DNA of 64,000 bases, from the NCBI GenBank assembly GCA_963717935.1, contig CAVQXP010000004.1:1216001-1280000 (forward strand). Direction: 5' to 3'. The stretch is from Candidatus Eiseniibacteriota bacterium. Lineage in GTDB: Bacteria > Eisenbacteria > RBG-16-71-46. The notes below the pieces were generated by a model, which did not search any database, had not been told where the DNA came from, and saw only the letters and a program-made list of their open reading frames with translations. Numbering within the stretch: position 1 is the first letter of the stretch; every line of letters begins with the position of its first letter. The position numbers were made by a program, and so were the translations under genes. Positions 1 to 10,514 of the stretch are shown in pieces.

Positions 1-86
1 TGCATCCGACCAGTGACCGGGTCGTCCCTCGCGGACGCCGCCGCGGTCCACCCACCGTCCAGCGGCGCCGAACCGACAGGTGAGCC

Positions 87-2333
87 ATGAGACACGCGCT
101 GCGCATCTTCCTCCTCACGCTGGCCCTGATCCTCATCGCCCTGGCGCTCACGCCCAGGGCCACCCCGGCCCAGGTGCCGGATCCCTGTGACCCGAACCGC
201 GAGATCCCGTACGGGTGGCACCTGCGGCCCGCACAGCCGTGCGACGGCGACACGTCACCCTCGTCTTCACGTCGTGCCGGGACTGCGTGGACCTGCTGGG
301 CTTCGAATGGTGGACTCCGGTGCGGCGCGGCTCGACTGCGCGTGCCCGACGTCTGCCCGCTGACGCTGGTCTGCACGCCCGACACGGCTCGAGGTGCCGC
401 TCGGGCGGCTCGGGCTCGGCGTCCACCAGATCGATTACGAGATCCGGGCGGCGTGGTCTACGGCGATCCACGGTCTCTGCACGGTGACGCGGTCCGCGAG
501 CCCCGGTTTCGCGGTCGGCTGCGCCGGCGCCCGTGCCCGCCGGGCCATTGCCGTTCGTCACCCTCATCCGGATCGGCCCGCCGCCGCCTGCGACGGACCT
601 GCCCGCCCCGCATCTGCCCCGCGACGCCGATTCGCCTCAGCGTCCGAGGGGATTCGCCGACGACTGCTTCCGTCTCCGGCGAGCTCGAGTTGCTGCCCTT
701 CGCCGCTCGGGTCCGCGCCCGCGCCGCCCGTCGTGCGCGTCGTGGTGGCTGGAGAACGACTGCATGGGCTGCATGCTCGAGGGGCGCCCCGCGTGGTCGG
801 CCGAGACGGTGCTCGCAGGACTGCCGCCCGGGACCTACGGCCTGCTCGTAGCAGCTCGACGTGACGGGCATTGCGCCTCGGACAGCGTCGCGTGGCGCTA
901 CCGCGGTCACTCGCTCCTTCACGGTGCAGGACTCCTGCGACGGTCTCCGCCGCCGACCCTGCCTCATGCGCGGACTGGGATCACACGGGGACCATCGGGG
1001 CGTGCGATGCGATCGCGGGCCCCGGGCGGCCGGCGAAGGTGGGCATGACCATCGCGACCCGGGTACCGCTCGCGGGCCTGCAGGGCAAGCTGTCGCGTCG
1101 ACCCGGCCGGACTGCGCATCGCGCAACTCGAGCCGGTGGGGCAGGCCGAGGGCATGCACATCGCCTGGGTGCCGCGCACCGACGGCGCCGAACTTCGTCA
1201 TGTTCGCCGAGCAGGGCGCGCCCATCGGCGGCCTGCGCTGCGACTCGGCGTGCGCTGCATCCCGGCGCCGGTGCTGGCCGTCGTGCCTGGAGCCGGATGC
1301 GAAGGCGCGGTGCTGCCGCCGGTCACGCACCTGGTGGCGCACTCGCTGCTGGGCTCCGACTCCCTCGGCAACGCCGTGCCCGGCCTGCCAGATCATGACG
1401 CTGGTGGTGGTCGAGGCGCGGATCTGCGCCGGGGCTTCGTGCGACTTCAACCTGGACGGCTGGCTGGACATCCGCGACCTGGTGTCCATGGTTCGCTGCG
1501 TGCTGGGCACCGGGCCCTGCCCCGACACCTCGCTCGCGAGGCTCGACTGCAACCGGGACGGACGCCTCGGCGTGGACGACGTGCTGTGCTGCGCGCGCGT
1601 CATCCTGCGCGACGGCGAGCGCGACACCACGCTCGGCCGGCCCGAGCCGGCCGTGGCCGTGCACTTCGGCGAAGCGGCGTGGGAGGCCGGCGGGCTCCGG
1701 GTGCCGGTTCGCGTGCTGGGCGCCGACCGCCTGGGCGCGGCGCGCCTGGCGCTGACGCTGCCGCTCGACCGCTACGGGGTCACCGGCGTGGAGCTGGCCG
1801 CCGGGAATCCCGACTGGCTCGCCCTGCACGAGATCGTGGACGGGCGGCTGGTGCTGGGGCTCATCGGCCTCGGTCCCGCGGTCACGTCCGAGGAGCCGCA
1901 GGCGCTCGAACTGACGCTGCACCTGGCGCTCAAGCCCGGGCAGGATGCGGGCGGGGAGATCGGCCTTGCCGATCTGCAGGCCTCCGGCCCCGACGGGGTC
2001 ACGCTTGCGATCACGACCTCGCCGGGCCCGGTGTCGCTGCCCCTGCCGGGGTCGCTGATGCTCTCGGCGGCGCGGCCCAACCCGTTCACGCACGAGACGA
2101 GCTTCGCGCTGAACCTCGACCGCGCCACGGACGTGGACCTGTCCGTGCACGATCTGAGCGGACGGCGTGTCGCCACGCTGTTCCGCGGTGCGCTCGGGGC
2201 GGGGCCGCACGAGTTCGCCTGGCGCGGCACGCGCAGTGACGGCTCGAGCGCCGCGAACGGCATCTACTTCCTGCAGGCGCGCCTGGGCGCCGAGCGGTTC
2301 GCCCGCAAGGTGATCTTCCTGCGCGGGAACTGA
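87..2333 (+). CDS. Large Cys-rich secreted protein with dockerin-like, cohesin-like and C-terminal FlgD-Ig (T9SS-CTD-like) domains; many apparent frameshifts in the 5' half
   Basis: Signal peptide MRHALRIFLLTLALILIALALTPRATPA. Paired dockerin/EF-hand-like motifs CDFNLDGWLDIRDLV and DCNRDGRLGVDDV. C-terminus ARPNPF...VHDLSGRRVATL...W.G...GIYF is typical of FlgD-Ig/secretion tails. Coding sense hops between frames over ~250-1400. Confidence 0.7.
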
Positions 2334-2390
2334 GCGACCAGCATCCGCGACGCGGGCGGGGCGGCTGCGTGGCCGTCCCGCCCGTCGCGT

Positions 2391-2419
2391 TTGACACCCC
2401 TGGGAGCGCTCCCTAGCCT
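2391..2419 (+). promoter_or_regulatory. Sigma70-like promoter of ABC operon
   Basis: TTGACA (2391-2396), 17-bp spacer, TAGCCT (2414-2419); the ATG at 2430 implies a very short leader. Confidence 0.5.
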
Positions 2420-2429
2420 CGGCGGGCTC

Positions 2430-3469
<1,040 letters not shown>

Positions 3470-3473
<4 letters not shown>

Positions 3474-4282
3474 GTACCCTCGCCCTCAACCTGCGCGCGA
3501 CCTGGGGGCGGGCCTACGGGCGCCTGGTCGGCGCCTTCCGCGAGCCGACCTGGCTCCTCACCGACGCCATCCTCCCGAACCTCGGCATGCTCGCCTTCGT
3601 CATGCTCTACCGGGCGCTGGGCGCGCCGCGCTCGTTCGAGGCCCTGGCCGTGGTGGGCGGGCTGCTCGCCACCTACTGGATCAACGTGCTGTGGGGGATG
3701 GGGGCGCAGTTCTACTGGGAGAAGCAGAGCGGCCAGTTGCAGCTCTACTTCGTCGCCCCCTGCTCGCGCATGGCCATCCTCTCGGGCATGGCGCTCGGCG
3801 GCTTCCTGCTGACCACGGCGCGCCTGGCGTTCGGGCTGTTCCTCGGCTTCGTCGTGATGGGCGTGCGGGTCGAGCCCTTCAGCCTGCCCGCGCTGCTCGG
3901 CGTGTTCGCGCTCACCATGGTGGCGCTCTACGCGCTGGGCATGGTGATGGCCTCGCTGTTCCTGCTCTGGGGGCGCGAGGCCTACCACCTGAGCAACGCG
4001 CTCTACCAGCCCGTCCAGTTCCTCTCGGGGCTCTACTTCCCGCTCAAGACGCTCGGGCCCCTGGGCATCGTCGCCGCCGGACTGGTGCCGCTCGGGCTCG
4101 GCGTGGACGCGCTGCGGCAGGTGCTGCTCGGCGCGGGTGCCCACGGGCTCATGCCGCTGCGCTTCGAGATCGCCCTGCTGGCCGCGCTCGGCGCGGTCTT
4201 CCTGTGGCTCGCGCGCGTCGCGCTCGCCTACCTCGAGTCGCTCGCCAAGCGCGAGGGCCGCCTGACGCAGAGGTGGCAGTGA
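3470..4282 (+). CDS. ABC-2 type permease
   Basis: GTG overlaps the ATPase stop; about six hydrophobic segments; FLSGLYFP motif. Confidence 0.85.
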
Positions 4283-5122
4283 GAGTGCTGGTCGCGCGCC
4301 TGCGCGCCTCGGCCTGGCTCGGGTTGCAGATCGAGTCCAACTGGACCGACCCGTTCCTGTTCACGGCCTACGCCATCACCCACCCGCTCGCCACCGCGCT
4401 GATCCTGGCCGGCATGTACTGGGCGGTGGGCGGCTCGGCCCAGGGCGCCGACACCTTCCGCGGCCTCTACCTGGGCAGCGCGTTCCACAACTACGTCGTC
4501 ATGGTGCTGGTCGGCATGGGCTGGATGATCGTCGAGGAGCGCGAGGAGTTCGAGACCCTCAAGTACGTCTACACCTCGCCCATCGGCATGTTCAACTACC
4601 TGGCCGGCCGCTCGCTGGTGAAGCTGGCGCTCGCGACCCTCAGCACCGTCGCTGACGCTCGCGGTGGGCTGGTTCCTGGTGGGGCTGCGCTGGGACTGGG
4701 CGGCGGTCCACTGGCTGCCGCTCGTCGCAGCACTCGGGCTCGGGGTGTTCGCCACCGTCTCGCTCGGCTTCTTCGTCGCCGGCTTCGCCATGCTCATGCC
4801 GCGCGCGGCGTTCACGCTGAACGACGGTATCGCGGTGGCGCTCTACCTGCTGTGCGGCGTGATCTTCCCCGTGGACCTGCTGCCGCGCGTACTGCAGTGG
4901 ATCGCACTCGCCCTGCCTTTCACCTGGTGGTACGAGGCGCTGCGCCGCTTCCTGCTCGGCCACGGCTCGAGCGCGCTGCTGAACGCGTGGTCCGACGGCG
5001 CGCTGATGCTCTGGCTGTTCGCCACCACGCTGGTCTTCAGCGTCGCCGCGCACCTGGCGTACCTCGCGCTCGAGCGCCGCGCGCGGCAGTTGGGGCGGCT
5101 GGACCAGACGACGCTGTTCTGA
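4279..5122 (+). CDS. ABC-2 type permease, frameshifted near 4650
   Basis: EEREEFETLKY and LCGVIFPVDLLP...LPFTW motifs lie in two frames; the start overlaps the previous stop. Confidence 0.8.
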
Positions 5123-5205
5123 GGCGGGGGCGGTCAGGGGCGTGGAGGCCCGGAGCGGCGCAGACGTGGCCGAGGCCCGTCGGCAAACCGGGGCCGGAGG
5201 CCCGT

Positions 5206-5234
5206 TTGAACCCCCCCGCGTAAGCCGCTATAGT
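5206..5234 (+). promoter_or_regulatory. Sigma70-like promoter of tRNA cluster
   Basis: TTGAAC, 17-bp spacer, TATAGT, followed by a GC-rich discriminator. Confidence 0.65.
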
Positions 5235-5266
5235 CCCGCGTCCGCGGGCGATTCGGCCTTCCTTGC

Positions 5267-5352
5267 GGAGGGATGGCCGAGTGGTTGAAGGCGGCGGTCT
5301 TGAAAACCGCTGAGCGAAAGCTCCGTGGGTTCGAATCCTACTCCCTCCGCCA
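5267..5352 (+). tRNA. tRNA-Ser(UGA)
   Basis: GGAGGGA/TCCCTCC acceptor stem, anticodon arm GCGGT-CTTGAAA-ACCGC, long variable arm, GGTTCGAATCC, 3' GCCA. Confidence 0.96.
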
Positions 5353-5360
5353 GTACGTTT

Positions 5361-5452
5361 GGAGAGGTGGCCGAGTGGCTGAAGGCAGCCGCCTGCTAAG
5401 CGGTTGACTGGGTAAAACCGGTCCGGAGGTTCGAATCCTCTCCTCTCCGCCA
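5361..5452 (+). tRNA. tRNA-Ser(GCU)
   Basis: Anticodon arm GCCGC-CTGCTAA-GCGGT, long variable arm, T-loop, 3' GCCA. Confidence 0.96.
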
Positions 5453-5473
5453 GCACCGGGTCCAGAAGCACGC

Positions 5474-5550
5474 GCGCCCTTAGCTCAATTGGATAGAGCA
5501 TCTGACTACGGATCAGAAGGTTGGGGGTTCAAATCCTCCAGGGCGCGCCA
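5474..5550 (+). tRNA. tRNA-Arg(ACG)
   Basis: GCGCCCT/AGGGCGC acceptor stem, anticodon arm TCTGA-CTACGGA-TCAGA, 3' CCA. Confidence 0.96.
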
Positions 5551-5578
5551 TCCCACCTGTGGGCCTGAAGGAGTCGCC

Positions 5579-6302
5579 ATGATCCGTTGCGCCAGCCTCA
5601 CCGCGTTGGTCGCCCTCGCTGTCCTCGCCCCGCTCGCATCGCCCGCCCTCGCCGCGAAGCAGAAGGGCCGCACGCTGGACGTCATCACGACCGTGCCGGA
5701 CTTCGCGTCCTACGGCGTGAAGAGCATCGCCCTGCTGCCCATCGTCACGTTCGACGGGAGCCTGCCGGCCGAACGCACGGTGGCGGACCTGTGGGGCCGG
5801 AACTTCAGGGGCACCAGCTACCGCTGGATCTCGGCCACGACCGCGCGTGAGATGCTCCGGAGCGCGCTCGGCGACTCGACGGTGAAGGCTGGTGCGCGAG
5901 CAGATCCTCGAGAACGTGCGCGTGGACTCCCTGCACGCGCCCCTGCTCTGCGCCAGGCTGCGCACCAGCGCGGCGCTCTGCGTGCGCGTGGACCAGTGGG
6001 AGCAGCAGCCGATCCTGTGGAACCAGTCGGGCCGGCCCACGACCACGGTGCGGCTCAAGGCGGCGCTCGTGGACTCGTCGGGGGCGCTGCTCTGGAGCGC
6101 CTCGGGCAGCGAGACGAGCGAGGGGCCCTACCACGACCCGAACACGAACCCCATCAACGTGCGGAGTTCGTCCAGCCTGGATAACACGCCGGTCACCGGC
6201 CTGGGTGGCCCGCCCGCGTACGACCAGGTGCTCAACCAGCTGCTCCTGCGCTGGGCGCCGCAGTTCCCGCGCCCCGCCGGGGCGGGCGAGCCCGCGAAGT
6301 AG
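5579..6302 (+). CDS. Hypothetical exported protein (possible CsgG/LpoB/TolB-N-like fold), frameshifted near 5890
   Basis: AAGGAG RBS, signal peptide ending ALA; IALLP...LVDSSGALLWSAS pattern; two ORF halves join. Confidence 0.6.
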
Positions 6303-6330
6303 CGCCCGGACCGCGCGCGTCGGCCACCCG

Positions 6331-6828
6331 GTGTTCATCCACAGCGACGACGACGGCATGCGCGCCGCCCTGCGCGACGCGCGGACCGCGGCCGAGGCCG
6401 ACGAGGTGCCGGTGGGCTGCGTCGTGGTGCACGACGGGCTGGTCATCGGGCGCGGCCACAACCAGACCGTGACCCTGCAGGATGCCACCGCGCACGCCGA
6501 GGTCGTCGCCATCGGGGCGGCCTCGACCGCGCTGGGCTCGTGGCGGCTGCTCGACTGCACGATGTACGTCACGCTCGAACCGTGCGCGATGTGCGCGGGC
6601 GCGATCATCCTGGCCCGCGTGCCACGGCTGGTCTACGGCGCGTTCGACCCCAAGGCCGGCGCCTGCGGCTCGGTGCTCGACGTCATCCACGAGCCGCGAC
6701 TCAATCACCGCGTCGAGGTGACACCCGGCGTGCTCGCCGCGGAGTGCGGCGAGCTGCTGCGCGAGTTCTTTGCGAGGAAGCGCCGGAAAGCGGGCGGCGG
6801 CGACGCGGAGAACGGCCGGGCAGACTGA
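6331..6828 (+). CDS. tadA: tRNA adenosine(34) deaminase
   Basis: EVPVG, TAHAE, TLEPCAMC and DPKAGACGS motifs. Confidence 0.93.
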   Translation: MFIHSDDDGMRAALRDARTAAEADEVPVGCVVVHDGLVIGRGHNQTVTLQDATAHAEVVAIGAASTALGSWRLLDCTMYVTLEPCAMCAGAIILARVPRLVYGAFDPKAGACGSVLDVIHEPRLNHRVEVTPGVLAAECGELLREFFARKRRKAGGGDAENGRAD

Positions 6829-7079
6829 GCCGCGCCCGCGCCGCTTGGGGAAGAACCGCCCCCGGGCGGCGTATCCATTCCGGGACGGGAGAAGCGCCCC
6901 GGGCGCGCGATCCACTTGCCGGCAGACACCCGCGCTGGACGGCGGGGCAGTCGAGGCGGGACGAACGACCGGCGCGGAGCCCCGCTCCGCCCGGTCGTCC
7001 TGTCTGATGGAGGGACACGGGACCGGGAACGAGAAGCCGTCATCCAAGGAACCGGGAAACCGGGGACAGGAGGTGGCTC

Positions 7080-7799
7080 ATGACCCGCACCGTCGCGCTG
7101 TCCCAGTTCATGCCCTACGGGGCGCCCGAGTTGCAGGGCGTCGCCCGGCCGCACATGGCGCGGGCGCTGCTCGTCAGCACCGCCCTCGGCACGCTGGCGT
7201 TCGCTGCGGCCGGCCTGGTGCAGATACTTCTGCCCGAGGCGTCCGTCGCCCGTCCGCCGGTCGTGGTCATCATCGGGGCTCCGCCGGCGCCCGCGCCCAT
7301 CGGTGCGGTCGCCCCGCCGCAACCCGTGGCCCCGGCCGCGCCCAGGCGCGCGACCGCCGGCATCGCCCTGCCGGTGCCCGATGATCAGGTGCCGGTGGAG
7401 AGGACCATCGCCGGCGTCGACGAGCTGCGCACCGCATCGCCCGGCACCGGGGCCGGCGACATGCCGATCGTCATCGAACAGCCCGCGCCCGTCGAGACAC
7501 TGCCGGGATTCAAGCAGTACGTCTACGTCGAGGAGATGCCGGCTCCCGTGCGTCGGGTGAGCCCCGAGTACCCGACGATCGCGAAGGAGGCGGGCGTGAG
7601 CGGGCTCGTGGTGGCGCACCTGCTCGTGGGGCGGGACGGACGTGTGCTCGACGTGCGGATCGACGAGGGCCACAGCATCGTGATGCTGAACGAGGCGGCC
7701 GTCCGCGCGGCGCGACAGTGGGTGTTCACGCCCGCGCTCGCGAACAACCAGCCCGTCGCCGTGTGGGTGGCGGTGCCGTTCAACTTCCGGTTGCACTAG
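7080..7799 (+). CDS. Energy transducer TonB family protein
   Basis: AGGAGG RBS, N-terminal TM anchor, Pro-rich linker, C-terminal PEYP...G.SG.V...W.F.PA...V.V...VPFNF. Confidence 0.85.
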   Translation: MTRTVALSQFMPYGAPELQGVARPHMARALLVSTALGTLAFAAAGLVQILLPEASVARPPVVVIIGAPPAPAPIGAVAPPQPVAPAAPRRATAGIALPVPDDQVPVERTIAGVDELRTASPGTGAGDMPIVIEQPAPVETLPGFKQYVYVEEMPAPVRRVSPEYPTIAKEAGVSGLVVAHLLVGRDGRVLDVRIDEGHSIVMLNEAAVRAARQWVFTPALANNQPVAVWVAVPFNFRLH

Positions 7800-7830
7800 G
7801 GCGGCGGCGCGTCAGCCGGCCGCGAAACGA

Positions 7831-7860
7831 GACGCCCGCACGGGGCTCCGTGCGGGCGTC
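7831..7860. terminator. Perfect hairpin between convergent genes
   Basis: GACGCCCGCACGG-GGCT-CCGTGCGGGCGTC (13-bp stem). Confidence 0.6.
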
Positions 7861-7880
7861 GTCACGAGCCGGCAGGAAGC

Positions 7881-8330
7881 TCAGGCCGCCTTCGGGGCTG
7901 CGGCGTTCGCGAGCGCGTCCGCCGCCGGGCCCAGCTTGACCTCGCGCGTGGCGTGCGTCAGCACGTAGATCCGCATGTTGTTGCTCGAGGGGTCTGAGGG
8001 CGTGATGAAGAAGCCGCTGCGGTCCGGCATGTACGTCAGCGTATAGCCGAAGACCAGCTCGCCGTCCTTGAAACGGATCGCGATCTTCTTGCCGCGGCTG
8101 ATGTCGATCGTCGCCCGGCCGAAGCCGCGCTCTTCGTTTCGCTTCGGGTCGCCGGCGAAGTCCTTGACGAAGAACACCGCCTTCAGCTCCTTGCAGAGGA
8201 TGTCCTGCAACTCGGTGGCGCCGACCTGTCGGAGATGAAAGCTGGGCCGGTTGGGGAAGAAGTCCTCGGTCGTGCCCTTCAGCACCCGGCCGTCCGAGTA
8301 CCGCACGACGACCTTGTTCGTTTCGCCCAT
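7881..8330 (-). CDS. Conserved hypothetical protein (DUF6982-like, two internal repeats)
   Basis: GGAGG RBS; KVVVRYSDGRVLKG and KIAIRFKDGELVFG duplicated units; family name recalled, not computed. Confidence 0.65.
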   Translation of the reverse strand: MGETNKVVVRYSDGRVLKGTTEDFFPNRPSFHLRQVGATELQDILCKELKAVFFVKDFAGDPKRNEERGFGRATIDISRGKKIAIRFKDGELVFGYTLTYMPDRSGFFITPSDPSSNNMRIYVLTHATREVKLGPAADALANAAAPKAA

Positions 8331-8461
8331 GACGTTGCCTCCGAAGGGGCGGGTCCGCACCCGGTCCCGCGGGACCGTCGCGCGGGGTATGGCCAATCCC
8401 CCAGCCCACCGTAATCATCGGCAGGCCGGGGTAGGAGCTTGAGGGGGCGGAGGAGGGGCCT

Positions 8462-8505
8462 GAAAAGCCCACGCCCCGCGGGCTGGAAGGCCCGCGGGGC
8501 GTGGG
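8462..8505 (-). terminator. Rho-independent terminator
   Basis: 16-bp stem CCCACGCCCCGCGGGC/GCCCGCGGGGCGTGGG followed by CTTTT on the minus strand. Confidence 0.65.
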
Positions 8506-8697
8506 TGACTGTCTCGCGGTGGCCGGGCGTCAGAAGCCGAAGTCGAGCCGTGCCGTGGCCAGGTCCTCGGTCGGATCGTCGCTGGCGGGCGTGGCATGCG
8601 AGGCCGGCCCAGCGTCGATGGGCTGGTGCCCAAGACGCGGCGACCACCCCCCGAGGGGAGTGGTCGCCGGTGACCGGGGCCTGTCGGTCGCTGGGAG

Positions 8698-9417
8698 CTA
8701 ACGGTAGATGGCCTTGAGTGAACCCCAGGTGCCGGACTTGGCCGGGGTGGCGCAGTCCGGGACGAGCGAGATGGTGATGGAGTTGAAGTTCCACCAGGCG
8801 CCCAGCGTCCGTGTCGGGTCGCAGGCGGGGTCGAGCATGGCCGGATAGCCGGCCGGCATGACATCGCCGAGGTCCGTGGTGCCCACGCGGCTGCCGTTGC
8901 CGATCGAGAAGGCCATGCAGAGGGTCGGGTAGTTGTCGAAGTGCGCCGCCGCCTGGACGTTCGTGATCGCCGAGACGGGGATCCAGTTGGAGTAGGTGAC
9001 GGTCTCGTACTCGACGTAGCTGTCGAACACGCCCGGATAGTCCGGGTCGCCGTTCGCCCACGGGCCGGTGCCGCTCAGCCAGAAGATCCCGCCGGAGAAG
9101 GGCATCATGTACGTGCGCGTGCCGTAGCCCTGGGCATTGACGGTGCTGTAGAGCAACGTGGCCGGAGCCGTCGCGGTGCCGCAGGTGTACTTCCACACGC
9201 TGCTCAGCGTCGCGCCGTCCCAGGAGCCGCAGTTCTGCGTGGTCGAGGCCAGGAGCGCGCCTCCGCTCGCATCCCAGCCCTCGGTGTAGCGCCCGGCAGG
9301 GATGGTGCCGCCGATGTCCGTGCTCAGGTAATCGCCGGGCAGCGGCGCCGCGGCCAGGGACATCGTCGCCGACAGTGCCAGTGCCGCCAGGATCGCCAGA
9401 GTAGCCAGCTTCTTCAT
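8698..9417 (-). CDS. Secreted protein with C-terminal TWGxLKxxY motif
   Basis: AAGGAGG RBS, signal peptide MKKLATLAILAALALSATMSLA, ends TPAKSGTWGSLKAIYR. Confidence 0.85.
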   Translation of the reverse strand: MKKLATLAILAALALSATMSLAAAPLPGDYLSTDIGGTIPAGRYTEGWDASGGALLASTTQNCGSWDGATLSSVWKYTCGTATAPATLLYSTVNAQGYGTRTYMMPFSGGIFWLSGTGPWANGDPDYPGVFDSYVEYETVTYSNWIPVSAITNVQAAAHFDNYPTLCMAFSIGNGSRVGTTDLGDVMPAGYPAMLDPACDPTRTLGAWWNFNSITISLVPDCATPAKSGTWGSLKAIYR

Positions 9418-9570
9418 GTTCGTACCTCCTTCACAAGGGAACCGCTGCGTGGACCGAGGAGACAGTCGGCCCGGGCCCGCCTTGCGACCGAGGCGTGCAC
9501 GTGTCTGAAACCAGGAGGGGATTGTGGGGCTTGACGTGCGTTCCCGCCATGCTGCCGGTCAAGTCGGGGC

Positions 9571-9584
9571 TTGACCGGCGTCAA
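9571..9584. promoter_or_regulatory. FNR/Crp-type palindrome TTGAC-N4-GTCAA
   Basis: TTGACCGGCGTCAA directly after the Crp/Fnr gene and upstream of the gene at 8698-9417. Confidence 0.45.
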
Positions 9585-9585
9585 G

Positions 9586-10302
9586 TCACTCGCGGCTGAG
9601 CTCGCCGGCAACCTTGTGCAACAGGGCACGGTCGCGGATGCGGATGTGGTCGCGCGCGAGCGTGACGATCCCGCGCTGCGCGAAGCCGCGCAGCACACGC
9701 GAGAACGTCTCGGGCGTGGTGCCGATCATCCGCGCCATGTCCTGGCGGCGGAGATGGTGCGACTGGAGGAGCGCTGGCTCGGCCGCATCCCGGTTGTCCT
9801 CGAGCAGGAAGAGCAGCAGGCGCGCCGCGCGCTGGCGGACCGGGCGGTGAAGCAGATCCATCATCAGATCCTCGGCCGTGCGCAGCTCGCGGGCCAGCTT
9901 CGCCAGCAACCCGAGCGCCAGCTCGGGCTCGTCGCGCAGCAGCTCGCGCAGGGTCGCGGCGGGGATGATGCAGACCTTGGAGTCCTCGACCGCCAGGGCG
10001 CTGGCGTGGTAGGGCTCGTTCGCCAGCAGCGGACGGTACCCGAGGAGCTCGCCGGGGCCGAGCATGCGCAGCACCTGTTCCTCTCCGTCGTGCCAGGTGC
10101 GGAAGACCTTGACCCGGCCGGAGTGGACGACGTAGAGGGCGTGGGCCGGCGCTCCGGCATAGAAGATCGTCTGTCCGCGCCGGAAGAGGTGCGTGGCCCG
10201 GTCCTGCTCGAGACGGTTGCGGGCCCGGGCGCTGAGACCGCAGCCGAGCCCGGTGGAGCGCGACTTGCAGACGGCGCAATGGTCGGGAGAGTCCTTTGCC
10301 AT
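9586..10302 (-). CDS. Crp/Fnr family transcriptional regulator
   Basis: N-terminal CAVC-x7-C, cNMP-binding domain (SGRVKV...GELLG), HTH DMARMIGTTPETFSRVL. Confidence 0.92.
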   Translation of the reverse strand: MAKDSPDHCAVCKSRSTGLGCGLSARARNRLEQDRATHLFRRGQTIFYAGAPAHALYVVHSGRVKVFRTWHDGEEQVLRMLGPGELLGYRPLLANEPYHASALAVEDSKVCIIPAATLRELLRDEPELALGLLAKLARELRTAEDLMMDLLHRPVRQRAARLLLFLLEDNRDAAEPALLQSHHLRRQDMARMIGTTPETFSRVLRGFAQRGIVTLARDHIRIRDRALLHKVAGELSRE

Positions 10303-10514
10303 CAGGGCTCAATGGTCCCAGATTGAACTGCAGGGGCGCAAGGCGCGGCGGCGTTCCAGGCACCCGCTTCCCGGCGGCACCCCGCTCGTCGCCAGCGTGG
10401 CCCCATTCGTCCCATCGCGAGCACCACTCGTCGCCTCGTGATGGCGGCGCGGGCCAGCGGTCGGGCAGTGTGTCCGGACTCCGGGCACAGCCTTCGCACC
10501 CTGGAAGGAACGTC

